From NCBI GenBank assembly GCA_038231395.1, contig JBBRLL010000004.1, positions 980 through 64,979 of the forward strand: 64,000 nt of DNA, in the 5' to 3' direction. Under the pieces are notes generated by a model. It was given only the letters and a program-made list of their open reading frames with translations. It searched no databases and had not been told where the DNA came from. This document shows, piece by piece, positions 45,493-54,574 of this stretch. Each line of letters begins with the position of its first letter. Position 1 is the stretch's first letter. This DNA is from Rhodobacterales bacterium. Lineage in GTDB: Bacteria > Pseudomonadota > Alphaproteobacteria > Rhodobacterales > Rhodobacteraceae. The translations under genes were made by a program, and so were the position numbers.

Positions 45493-46758
45493 ATGGCGAA
45501 CAATTCGGGCAGCGACAGCAAAAATACCCTCTATTGCTCGTTCTGCGGCAAGAGCCAGCACGAGGTCCGCAAGCTGATCGCGGGGCCGACCGTATTCATC
45601 TGTGATGAATGTGTCGAGCTGTGCATGGATATCATCCGTGAGGAAACCAAGGCCACGGGGCTGAAAGCCACCGATGGCGTGCCGATCCCGCGCGACATCT
45701 GCAAGGTTCTGGATGATTATGTGATCGGTCAGGTCCATGCAAAGCGCGTGCTTTCCGTGGCGGTCCACAACCATTACAAACGCCTCAACCACGGCAGCAA
45801 ATCCGATGTGGAGCTGGCGAAAAGCAACATCCTGCTGATTGGCCCAACCGGCTGCGGCAAGACTTTGCTGGCGCAGACTCTGGCGCGCATCCTGGAAGTG
45901 CCGTTCACGATGGCAGATGCCACAACGTTGACGGAAGCCGGTTACGTCGGTGAGGATGTGGAAAACATCATCCTGAAGCTGTTGCAGGCCTCTGAATACA
46001 ACGTCGAGCGGGCGCAGCGCGGCATCGTCTACATTGACGAGGTCGACAAGATCACCCGCAAATCAGACAACCCCTCGATCACCCGCGACGTTTCGGGTGA
46101 GGGTGTGCAACAGGCTTTGCTGAAGATCATGGAAGGCACTGTCGCATCGGTGCCGCCGCAAGGGGGCCGCAAGCATCCGCAGCAGGAGTTCCTGCAAGTT
46201 GACACCACCAACATCCTGTTCATCTGCGGTGGTGCCTTTGCCGGTCTGGAAAAGATCATCGCACAGCGCAACAAAGGTTCAGCGATGGGCTTTGGTGCCG
46301 ACGTGAAAGACCCCGACGCGCGAGGGGCCGGTGAATTGTTCATGGAGCTGGAGCCGGAAGACCTGTTGAAATTCGGCCTGATTCCGGAATTTGTGGGCCG
46401 TTTGCCGGTGATTGCCACCCTGACTGATCTGGATGAAGCGGCTTTGGTCACCATCCTGACCGACCCAAAGAACGCCTTGGTCAAGCAGTATCAGCGCCTG
46501 TTCGAGATTGAGGGCGTCAAGCTGACCTTCACGAGCGACGCTTTGGTTGCCATCGCCAAGCGCGCCATCAAACGCAAAACCGGTGCGCGCGGGCTGCGGT
46601 CGATCATGGAAGATATTCTTTTGGACACCATGTTTGAACTGCCGGGGCTGGAGAATGTCTCGGAAGTCGTGGTGAATGAAGAAGCCGTCGGGTCCAAAGG
46701 CAAACCGCTTTTGGTCCATAGCGAGGTCAAGGGAAAGAAACCTGCCTCTGCCGGGTGA
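45493..46758 (+). CDS. clpX: ATP-dependent Clp protease ATP-binding subunit ClpX
   Basis: Zinc-binding N-terminus [11 protein letters not shown]...CDEC, Walker [18 protein letters not shown]. Confidence 0.95.
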   Translation: MANNSGSDSKNTLYCSFCGKSQHEVRKLIAGPTVFICDECVELCMDIIREETKATGLKATDGVPIPRDICKVLDDYVIGQVHAKRVLSVAVHNHYKRLNHGSKSDVELAKSNILLIGPTGCGKTLLAQTLARILEVPFTMADATTLTEAGYVGEDVENIILKLLQASEYNVERAQRGIVYIDEVDKITRKSDNPSITRDVSGEGVQQALLKIMEGTVASVPPQGGRKHPQQEFLQVDTTNILFICGGAFAGLEKIIAQRNKGSAMGFGADVKDPDARGAGELFMELEPEDLLKFGLIPEFVGRLPVIATLTDLDEAALVTILTDPKNALVKQYQRLFEIEGVKLTFTSDALVAIAKRAIKRKTGARGLRSIMEDILLDTMFELPGLENVSEVVVNEEAVGSKGKPLLVHSEVKGKKPASAG

Positions 46759-46777
46759 ACCTTCGCGTAAAACATAA

Positions 46778-46816
46778 AGAAAAGGCCGCATCCGATTGGA
46801 CTGCGGCCTTTTTCTT
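46778..46816. terminator. Bidirectional rho-independent terminator after clpX
   Basis: aaaaggccgca-tccgattggac-tgcggccttttt. A/T tracts on both sides. It lies between convergent genes. Confidence 0.8.
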
Positions 46817-46928
46817 GTTGGAAGGTTCGTCCGGCTTAAGCTCGACGGATGTTCCCCCAGCATTTTCGCGCTAAAAAGGCCAACCAACCGACCGGACCGC
46901 ACCGGAGATGTTTGCCAATTTGAAAGGG

Positions 46929-47879
46929 CTACAGGCGTCCGAGACGCGCCGTCAAAAGCGCAAAGAACCCATCGGCATCGACCGTTCCCATAAACATCGC
47001 GTTGGCCGTTCGATCCGTGACCCCCCACCAATCGGCAACTGTCATGCCAAGGGTCAGTTCGGATTGAGTCTCAATTTCCACATTGATGTGCCGCCCGGTG
47101 AACAAGCCCGGTTGCAACAGGTAGGCTACCACGCAGGGGTCATGCAGCGGCGCGCCCTCGCTCCCATATTTCGCCATGTCGAACCGTTCAAAGAAATCGG
47201 CCCATTCGGCAGTAACCCGGCCGACATTGGTGCCCAAAGCTCGGAAAGCCTCCACTCTTGCGCGGTTGGTCACCACTTTATGCGTGACGTCGAGCGACAT
47301 CACCACCAAGGGCACGCCGGATTTGAACACGATTTCAGCGGCTTCCGGGTCGACGTAGATGTTGAACTCTGCCGTTGGCGTGATGTTGCCAACCTCGAAA
47401 TAGGCCCCCCCCATCAGGACGATTTCGGCGATGCGGCCCACAATGTCGGGCGCTTTCTGAAAGGCGGTGGCGAGGTTGGTCAGGGGCCCAAGCGCGCACA
47501 GGGTCACCGAACCCGAGGGCTCTCGTCGCAAGGTTTCGATCAGGAAATCCACCGCATGCTGCCGACGCAGGCGCATCGTGGGTTCGGTCATCACGGGACC
47601 GTCGAGGCCGGTTTTGCCGTGCACATGCTCGGCCGTCACCAGTTTACGCTGCAACGGCGCATCACATCCGGCAAAAACCTTGACGTCCGGCTTGCCGGCC
47701 AGCTCGCAGATGATGCGGGCGTTGCGCTCCGTCCAATTGAGAGGCACATTTCCCGCAACCGCACAAATACCAAGCACATCAAGCTCTTCCGGGCTGGCCA
47801 GCGCCATAAGGATGGCGAAAGCGTCATCTTGACCGGGATCGGTGTCGATGATGATTTTGCGTGGACGCGCGTGAGTCAT
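46929..47879 (-). CDS. Nucleoside hydrolase (IU-NH family)
   Basis: N-terminal IIIDTDPGQDDAFAILMA aspartate cluster; HDPCVVAYL near the C-terminus. Confidence 0.9.
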   Translation of the reverse strand: MTHARPRKIIIDTDPGQDDAFAILMALASPEELDVLGICAVAGNVPLNWTERNARIICELAGKPDVKVFAGCDAPLQRKLVTAEHVHGKTGLDGPVMTEPTMRLRRQHAVDFLIETLRREPSGSVTLCALGPLTNLATAFQKAPDIVGRIAEIVLMGGAYFEVGNITPTAEFNIYVDPEAAEIVFKSGVPLVVMSLDVTHKVVTNRARVEAFRALGTNVGRVTAEWADFFERFDMAKYGSEGAPLHDPCVVAYLLQPGLFTGRHINVEIETQSELTLGMTVADWWGVTDRTANAMFMGTVDADGFFALLTARLGRL

Positions 47880-47944
47880 ATGGGCACTCCTTTGTCCCCA
47901 TCCAACACCGCCCCACGCGATTTGTCCATCCGGTCAGGATTCAA

Positions 47945-48940
47945 TCAGCCGTCAAAATCAACATCTTCAATCAGTTTTACAGCGTCCGGGCGGGCTTTGG
48001 CAATGTCTGAAAGGTCCAAAGCGTCTGGCGAGAACGCGCCCCAGCTTTGCACCAGCGCCGAACGCGGCACCCCAACCTTAACCGGGAATTCATGGTTGGT
48101 TTCGGCGTAGATTTTCTGCGCTTTGTCCGACGACAACCATTGCATCAGCTTCAACGCGGCGGCCTTGTCAGGGGCGGCTTTGGTCATCGCGATGCCAGAG
48201 ATGTTCATGTGGCTGCCACCGCCCTCAAACACCGGAAAGTCGATGCGGATGGTTTGCGCATATTCCTTTTCGACGTTGTCGTTCAGCATCTGGCCGATGT
48301 AATAGGTGTTGCCGATGGCAATATCGCACTCACCTGACCAGATCGACTTGACCTGATCGCGGTCAACTCCCTGGGGTTTGTGGGCGAGGTTGGGCTTCAG
48401 CCCCAAAAGCCAGGTCTTGGTCGCCTCCGGTCCGTGGTGCAAAAGATAAGCGGCGGTCAGGGCCACGTTGTAATCGGCAAGCCCGGAGCGCATGCAAAGC
48501 CGGCCCTTCCATTTTGGGTCCGCAAGGTCCTCATAGGTCGTGATCTCGCCCGGCTTTACGCGGTCCTTGCTGGCATAAACAACACGAGAGCGGGTCGTCA
48601 AGCCGAACCAAAGATCGCCCGGGTCACGGTATTCGGCGGGGATATTGGCCTTCAGCGTTGGGTCATCGACCGGTTGAATCACATCGGCATTGACCAGTTC
48701 GACCATGCGCCCGATGTCAACCGTCAGCACCAGATCGGCGGGCGATCGGCTTCCTTCCGCTTTAAGCCTTTCGGCCATGCCTTTGTCAACAAAGGCAATA
48801 TTCACATTGATCCCAGTTTCAGCCGTGAAGGCATCGACCAGCGGTTGAATGAGCTCAGGCTGCCTGTGCGAGTAGATATTGACCTCATCCGCCATCACCG
48901 GACTGGCGAACAAGAGGGCAAGCAAAGCGATGCGCGACAT
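47945..48940 (-). CDS. Fe(3+) ABC transporter periplasmic substrate-binding protein (FbpA/AfuA-like)
   Basis: Signal peptide MSRIALLALLFASPVMA, then DEVNIYSHRQPELIQPLVDAFTAETGI. No adjacent permease or ATPase gene. Confidence 0.8.
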   Translation of the reverse strand: MSRIALLALLFASPVMADEVNIYSHRQPELIQPLVDAFTAETGINVNIAFVDKGMAERLKAEGSRSPADLVLTVDIGRMVELVNADVIQPVDDPTLKANIPAEYRDPGDLWFGLTTRSRVVYASKDRVKPGEITTYEDLADPKWKGRLCMRSGLADYNVALTAAYLLHHGPEATKTWLLGLKPNLAHKPQGVDRDQVKSIWSGECDIAIGNTYYIGQMLNDNVEKEYAQTIRIDFPVFEGGGSHMNISGIAMTKAAPDKAAALKLMQWLSSDKAQKIYAETNHEFPVKVGVPRSALVQSWGAFSPDALDLSDIAKARPDAVKLIEDVDFDG

Positions 48941-48950
48941 GGTTGAGTCC

Positions 48951-49011
48951 TTTTGTCAGGTATTGCCCGTCTTAAACCGCGAAATGCGATGGCGGTCAAT
49001 AGCTGACAAAA
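48951..49011. promoter_or_regulatory. Long imperfect inverted repeat (15-bp arms, 14 of 15 paired, 31-nt spacer) in the leader/promoter of the Fe(3+)-binding protein gene
   Basis: ttttgtcaggtattg ... caatagctgacaaaa read directly, starting 11 nt upstream of the start codon at 48940. Confidence 0.35.
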
Positions 49012-49091
49012 ACACTTTGATGTGGGCCCGCAAAACTTTTCCGCCGATTTCGACCCTCCACGTCCAGCCTTCCGTGCGAACTTGGCAAGGC

Positions 49092-49913
49092 CTAAGCCTT
49101 TTTGAGCTTGTCGTCGGCCCTGACCCGGTTCCACAAGGCGTCCATTTCGGCCAGGTCCGATTGCGCCGGGGTTTTGCCGTCTTCTGCCAGCCAATCCTCG
49201 ATCTTGCCGAAGCGCCGGGTGAATTTTGCATTGGCACCGCGCAGGGCGGCTTCCGGGTCGACGCCCATGTGCCGCGCCAGATTGGCCATGACGAACAGCA
49301 GATCACCCATTTCTTCAACCACGTCCAGCTCGGTCAAAGTGTCACGCGCTTCGACCAGTTCGGCCATTTCCTCTCGTATTTTGTCCAGAACCTGATCGGT
49401 GTTGGGCCAGTCGAACCCGACCCGGGCCGCGCGTTTTTGCAGCTTCACCGCGCGCGTCAGGGCAGGCAGGCCTAGCGCCACGCCGTCCAGCACCCGCGCC
49501 GGGCCACGTTCCACGGCCTTGATCTTCTCCCAATCGACCGTCTGCTGATCGGCGGTTTTGTCGCGGCTTTCGGTGCCAAAGACATGCGGATGACGGCTGA
49601 GCATCTTGTCAGAGATCGCCCTCGCCACATCGTCAAAGCCGAAAAGCCCGGCCTCTTCGGCGATTTGCGCATGAAAAACCACCTGCAACAGCAAATCGCC
49701 CAATTCGCCCGGCAACTCCTGCCAAGCCTGTCGCTCAATCGCGTCGGCCACTTCATGCGCCTCTTCGATCGTATAGGGTGCTATGGTGGCGAAGGTTTGC
49801 TCAATATCCCACGGGCAGCCAGAAGCCTTGTCCCGCAGCCGCCGCATGATTTCGCGCAGGCGCAAAATCCCGCCGTTGGGATCCCGCACAAGGTCGTCAG
49901 AAGTGTCAGGCAT
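49092..49913 (-). CDS. mazG: Nucleoside triphosphate pyrophosphohydrolase MazG
   Basis: LREIMRRLRDKASGCPWDIEQTFATIAPYTIEEAHEVADAI, with a second MazG repeat (EEMGDLLFVMANLARHMGVDPE). I trimmed the start from 49979. Confidence 0.9.
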   Translation of the reverse strand: MPDTSDDLVRDPNGGILRLREIMRRLRDKASGCPWDIEQTFATIAPYTIEEAHEVADAIERQAWQELPGELGDLLLQVVFHAQIAEEAGLFGFDDVARAISDKMLSRHPHVFGTESRDKTADQQTVDWEKIKAVERGPARVLDGVALGLPALTRAVKLQKRAARVGFDWPNTDQVLDKIREEMAELVEARDTLTELDVVEEMGDLLFVMANLARHMGVDPEAALRGANAKFTRRFGKIEDWLAEDGKTPAQSDLAEMDALWNRVRADDKLKKA

Positions 49914-49965
49914 TGCAGCGACCCCGGTTTTCAGGTTTGATCTAAAGGCAAAAAAGGAGACTGCC

Positions 49966-51129
49966 ATGCCCGTCCTCAACCGTATCGCCGCTTATGCCGA
50001 GGAAATGAAGGGCTGGCGTCGGCATCTGCATCAGCATCCGGAACTTTCCTTCGATTTGCCGGAGACTTCAGCCTTTGTGGAGGCGCGGCTGCGCGAAATT
50101 GGCGTCGATGAGATCCATACCGGCATTGCCAAAACCGGGATCGTGGCCATCATCAACGGCTCTGCGCCCGGCCCCACCATTGGCTTGCGCGCCGATATGG
50201 ACGCCTTGCCGATCATCGAAATGACCGGGGCCGCCTATGCCTCGACCAATCCCGGCAAGATGCATGCCTGCGGCCATGACGGGCACACCACCATGCTTTT
50301 GGGCGCTGCGAAATACCTGGCGGAGACGCGGCGCTTTGCAGGTCGTGTCGCGCTGATCTTCCAACCGGCCGAGGAAGAGGGCGCAGGCGGTCAGGTCATG
50401 GTGCAAGAGGGCGTCATGGACCGCTTTGAAATCGCTCAGGTTTACGGCATTCACAACGCGCCGAACCTGGCCTTTGGCAATTTCTACACCACACCGGGGG
50501 CCTTGATGGCTTCGGTCGACACGGCCTATATCTATGTCACCGGCAAGGGCGGCCACGGGGCAACACCGCACGACTGTGTGGACCCTGTGGTGGCGGTGGT
50601 GGGTATGGTGCAGGCGGTGCAGACCATCATTTCGCGCAACATCTACGCGCTGGATGAGGCGGTGGTTTCGGTCACGCAGATCCACACCGGCACCGCCAGC
50701 AATATCATCCCGGAGGAGGCGATGTTTTGCGCCACGATCCGCTCTTTCAAACCTGATGTGCGCGAGTTGCTGAAGAAACGCTTCCTTGAAATCGTAACGG
50801 GTCACGCGGCCGCTTACAATGTCACTGCCCGGATCAACTATGAATGGGGCTATCCGGCCACGATCAACACCGCTGAAAATGCCGCCTTTGCCACTGAAGT
50901 TGCCGCGGAAATCGCAGGAGCCGACGCCGCCCACGGCAATTCCAACCGTGAGATGGGGTCAGAGGATTTCTCCTATATGCTGGAGGAACGTCCCGGCGCT
51001 TATCTGTTCCTTGGCACCGGGCCGGGCGCGGGCTTGCACCACGCGGCGTTTGACTTCAACGACGAGGTCGCCCCGATTGGCGCGTCTTTCTTTGCCCGGC
51101 TGGTCGAACGCGCGCAACCTCTGGCTTGA
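49966..51129 (+). CDS. M20D-family amidohydrolase (hippurate hydrolase / aminoacylase-like)
   Basis: MPVLNRIAAYAEEMKGWRRHLHQHPELSF...MHACGHDGHTTMLLGAA...FQPAEE. I trimmed the start from 49783. Confidence 0.85.
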   Translation: MPVLNRIAAYAEEMKGWRRHLHQHPELSFDLPETSAFVEARLREIGVDEIHTGIAKTGIVAIINGSAPGPTIGLRADMDALPIIEMTGAAYASTNPGKMHACGHDGHTTMLLGAAKYLAETRRFAGRVALIFQPAEEEGAGGQVMVQEGVMDRFEIAQVYGIHNAPNLAFGNFYTTPGALMASVDTAYIYVTGKGGHGATPHDCVDPVVAVVGMVQAVQTIISRNIYALDEAVVSVTQIHTGTASNIIPEEAMFCATIRSFKPDVRELLKKRFLEIVTGHAAAYNVTARINYEWGYPATINTAENAAFATEVAAEIAGADAAHGNSNREMGSEDFSYMLEERPGAYLFLGTGPGAGLHHAAFDFNDEVAPIGASFFARLVERAQPLA

Positions 51130-51166
51130 TCGGCAGGCCAAACCGGGCAAGATTGGTGGCGATGCG

Positions 51167-52000
51167 ATGAGGTGTAAGATGCGCGTTCTGGCTCTGATAG
51201 GCTTTGTCGCTGGACTTTCGTCGGTTGCCGGATTGGCTGTTGCCGACCCCGCCGCTGGCTTTTACCAAAACGCCAAGGGCACGGTATTGCATCTGACGGC
51301 TGCCTCGGGCGCGGCCTTTGACTTTACCCTGACCGCAGGTGCCCCTGATGGCGCTGCGACGTGCCCGGACGGTGCCAGCGATTGCCTGCAAATCGACGGG
51401 CATGCTTTGGCCGCGGGCAAGGGATTTACCTTCACCGACCCGGGCGACGACCGCTCCCGCGTGTTTTTCGCCGAGGATGGTACGGGGATGCGGGTGCTTT
51501 CCACCACCGGGGATTTCGGCACAGGCTCCGCCAACCGCGGGCAGATGCTGGCGCTGACTGGGGCTTATCTGCCGGTTGATGCCAGATCGGACGCTGTGCA
51601 AACCGACGGGGCGATGCAGGCTGGCAATCCGCCTGATGCGGCAGCGGACGTCTTGCATTTCTTCAGATCGCCCACCGGCAACATTTCCTGCCTGTTTGAC
51701 GTGGGCCCATCGGTCAACGTCCGCTGCGACATGCTGAAACTGAACCGCAGCTTCACGACCCCGCCCAAGGATTGCGACCTTGAGTGGGGCGATAGTTTTG
51801 GCGTGGCAGCGGATGACCGGCGCGGCGGGTTGGTTTGCCACGGTGATACCATCGCAGACCCCTCGGCAGAGGTGCTGGACTATGGCAGCACGCTCACATT
51901 CGGCGGCATCGCCTGTGTTTCGGCCAAAAGCGGAATGACCTGCCAGACCGACAAAGGCCACGGTTTTGCGCTGTCGCGCAAAGTGCAAACCGTGTTTTAA
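51167..52000 (+). CDS. Hypothetical secreted protein with a Cys-rich C-terminal half
   Basis: Signal peptide MRCKMRVLALIGFVAGLSSVAGLAVA. C-terminal half: FFRSPTGNISCLF...VRCDM...CDLEWG...LVCHGD...GGIACVS...GMTCQTDKGHGFALSR. Its stop overlaps the stop of the convergent RTX-like gene (TTAA). Confidence 0.6.
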   Translation: MRCKMRVLALIGFVAGLSSVAGLAVADPAAGFYQNAKGTVLHLTAASGAAFDFTLTAGAPDGAATCPDGASDCLQIDGHALAAGKGFTFTDPGDDRSRVFFAEDGTGMRVLSTTGDFGTGSANRGQMLALTGAYLPVDARSDAVQTDGAMQAGNPPDAAADVLHFFRSPTGNISCLFDVGPSVNVRCDMLKLNRSFTTPPKDCDLEWGDSFGVAADDRRGGLVCHGDTIADPSAEVLDYGSTLTFGGIACVSAKSGMTCQTDKGHGFALSRKVQTVF

Positions 52001-53484
52001 AGCACGAAATAGGCGGCGCTCAGGTCCAGAAGCCCGCTGAGCCTGATCACGGCGTCGGCCAGGCCGTCGCCATTCACATCCATCCCGATCAGGGTTGCCC
52101 CCGACGCGTGGATGGCATTCAGTTGACCCGCCACATGAGTAAACGCGGATGAACCGATAAACGTGAAGGCGTCCTGCACCGCTCCGTTGCCACTGACCGC
52201 ATCAATCAGGGACAGGTCGATGTGATCCTCACCGCGCGTAAAGTCGGTGATGGTGTCGGGGGCGGCAGTTGTGCTGTGGCTGGTCGCGGCAAAGACGAAA
52301 CTGTCATGCCCAAGGCCGCCGGTCAGCATGTCGGCACCATCGCCGCCGATCAGCACATCATTGCCCCAACCGCCGTGCAAACTGTCAGCGCCGTCACCGC
52401 CGGTCAGCACGTCATTGCCAGCGCCGCCGTACAAACGGTTGTCTCCGGCGTTTCCGGTCAGATGATTGGCCCGCGCGTTGCCCAGACCGTTCAGATCGGC
52501 TGCGCCTTGCAGGAACAAATTCTCCAACCCGCCATCCAGATGGAACGTGGCCCAGGACAGCACCTGATCAACCCCCGGCCCGGTATCAACAATCCGGGTC
52601 AGGGCGCTGTCGACCAGATAGGTATCGTTGCCGCCGATGTCAGAGATCACGCCAGAGATCGCATTGCCGCGCGCATCAACCGTGTCATTGCCCAGACCCA
52701 TGGCCAGATCGCCGGTCAGATGGCCCGCGAAACTGTCATTGTTGGCACCCAAATCGACATTGCCGGTGATAAGCCCGCTGCCGGTGATCACGTCCACTGC
52801 ATTTCCCGAAGACAGGACGTTTCCGGTGATCGTGCCCGAATTGACCAGAGTGAAGCCGATATCGGCCTGCACGTCAAACGCACCGCCCTCGCCGGTGATA
52901 AAGCCGGAATTGACCACGCTGGCACTGTCGCCTTCAATCAGCACGGCGCTGCCATGGGTCGCCGACAACGTGCCGAGGTTGGTCATCGTCAGACCAAAAT
53001 CCTCCATAAACACCGCATGTGTGATGCCGAGGATGGTGCCGCTGTTGGTCAGATGGTCGAGGTTGCTGGCCAGAAACACGCCGACGTCAGCGGTGATGGA
53101 CCCTGAATTCAGGATGACGTTCAAAGCGCCCGAAGTCTGAATCCCAATGCCGTTCAGAACCGAGATGGCGCCTGCCGCATTCAGATGCGCCTGCCCGGTC
53201 CCCGCAAAACCCGAGCCGCCAATCAGCAAGCCAGCGCCGAAGCTGTCGCTGACGAACTGCCCGGACTGGGTGATGGTAAAACTGACATTCTTGTCGATCA
53301 TGACCTGATCCAGATAGACGTAGCCCGCGAAGGAGATCGACGAGGCCGCGCTGGCCCCTATGTCGGTCAGGTCGCCGTCCGGTATGACCAGCCCCGCGCC
53401 CGGGGTGACAATAAGCCGGTCTCCGCCGCCAAGGGTCGAAAAGCCAAGCCAGCTTACCGTGTTGGTGATCAGATAGGTTGTCAT
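51997..53484 (-). CDS. Secreted beta-helix / RTX calcium-binding protein (paralogue 1)
   Basis: N-terminal NSGxIxG-type repeats (NSGSITADVG, NSGTILGITH, NSGFITGEGG, NSGTITGNVL), then GGAGNDVLTGGDGADSLHGGWGNDVLIGGDGADMLTGGLGHDSFVF, and a serralysin-type C-terminus FTFIGSSAF...MDVNGDGLADAVIRL...AAYFVL. Confidence 0.85.
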   Translation of the reverse strand: MTTYLITNTVSWLGFSTLGGGDRLIVTPGAGLVIPDGDLTDIGASAASSISFAGYVYLDQVMIDKNVSFTITQSGQFVSDSFGAGLLIGGSGFAGTGQAHLNAAGAISVLNGIGIQTSGALNVILNSGSITADVGVFLASNLDHLTNSGTILGITHAVFMEDFGLTMTNLGTLSATHGSAVLIEGDSASVVNSGFITGEGGAFDVQADIGFTLVNSGTITGNVLSSGNAVDVITGSGLITGNVDLGANNDSFAGHLTGDLAMGLGNDTVDARGNAISGVISDIGGNDTYLVDSALTRIVDTGPGVDQVLSWATFHLDGGLENLFLQGAADLNGLGNARANHLTGNAGDNRLYGGAGNDVLTGGDGADSLHGGWGNDVLIGGDGADMLTGGLGHDSFVFAATSHSTTAAPDTITDFTRGEDHIDLSLIDAVSGNGAVQDAFTFIGSSAFTHVAGQLNAIHASGATLIGMDVNGDGLADAVIRLSGLLDLSAAYFVL

Positions 53485-53514
53485 GGGACGCTCCTTAAAA
53501 TCCGATGCCGGAAA

Positions 53515-53529
53515 TTAAACTCTTTTTAA
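53515..53529. promoter_or_regulatory. CtrA-type box 1 (TTAA-N7-TTAA)
   Basis: ttaa actcttt ttaa read directly, 31-45 nt upstream of the start codon of RTX paralogue 1 (53484). Confidence 0.5.
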
Positions 53530-53558
53530 TGCATTGCGGTTTTGAAACAAGAAAAGCT

Positions 53559-53573
53559 TTAACAGTTGATTAA
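53559..53573. promoter_or_regulatory. CtrA-type box 2 (TTAA-N7-TTAA)
   Basis: ttaa cagttga ttaa read directly, 75-89 nt upstream of the same start codon. I found no TTAA-N7-TTAA in the other intergenic regions I scanned by eye. Confidence 0.5.
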
Positions 53574-53591
53574 CAGGTTAAAATGCGCGGA

Positions 53592-54386
53592 TCAGACCCG
53601 GCCAGAGGGGATGACCGGGGGGGAAACCGGCACATCAACTGGCTTGACCACCACCCGTTTGGGCTTTGCGCGGGCAGGTGGCGGCACGGAAAGTTTGGTC
53701 GGGAAATTGCCGTCGTCGGTCAGCACGATCACGTGGGTGCCATCGGGAACCCGGTCGTAAAGATCCATCACGTCCTGGTTGATCATGCGGATGCAGCCAG
53801 AGGAGGCGTTGTGCCCGATGCTGTTCCACTCTGGCGTGCCGTGGATGCGGTAGCCGTAGTCGCGGCCATCGGTCTTGAGGTACAAGGCCCGCGCGCCCAA
53901 GGGATTGGCCAGTCCGCCCGGCTCGCCCTTGGCAAACTTGGCAAGCTCTGGCCGCCGCGCGATCATTTCCGGCGGTGGGGTCCAACTCGGCCAGTTGGTG
54001 CGCCCGGTGATGTCCGCCTCGCCCGACCAGCCAAAGCCGCTGCGCCCGACCGAAATGCCGTAACGCAGCGCCTGGTTGTTTTCGGTGACCAGATACAGAT
54101 GCTTGGAGGAGGGGTCGATGATGATGGTCCCCGGTGGTTGATTGGTCGGGTAGGGCACCTGTTGGCGCAGCATTTCGGGGTCGACCTTGGCCACCTGCAC
54201 GGCGGGAACGGTAAAGCCATGGTCGGGCTGTGCCGCGTAGTGGGTTTCGGGTGCGCTCAACACCACCGGTGCAACGGCTGGCGTCAGCATTGATGGAGCG
54301 TCGCACCCAACCAGTGCCAGCAGTATCATGCCCGACGTCGCCCAACTGGCGCTTTGCACAAACCAACCCATACTCACCCGCCCCAT
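53592..54386 (-). CDS. L,D-transpeptidase (YkuD domain) lipoprotein
   Basis: Lipobox LLALVGC. Catalytic region YRIHGTPEWNSIGHNASSGCIRMINQDVMDLY. Confidence 0.9.
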   Translation of the reverse strand: MGRVSMGWFVQSASWATSGMILLALVGCDAPSMLTPAVAPVVLSAPETHYAAQPDHGFTVPAVQVAKVDPEMLRQQVPYPTNQPPGTIIIDPSSKHLYLVTENNQALRYGISVGRSGFGWSGEADITGRTNWPSWTPPPEMIARRPELAKFAKGEPGGLANPLGARALYLKTDGRDYGYRIHGTPEWNSIGHNASSGCIRMINQDVMDLYDRVPDGTHVIVLTDDGNFPTKLSVPPPARAKPKRVVVKPVDVPVSPPVIPSGRV

Positions 54387-54574
54387 TCAATCTGCTTTGA
54401 CCAACGCCGCACAGGACATTGTTTCCAAAACGCTAACCCAAGGCTGGGGGAAGGTCAAAGCCCTTTGACAGGGAAAAAGCATGGCCCATGCCATCGAACT
54501 CAGGTGCTGATCCGGCAGAGTGCTGCGATTTCCCCCGCCAAAGTCACGACGCAGCGGGGCATTTCAGCCGCACA

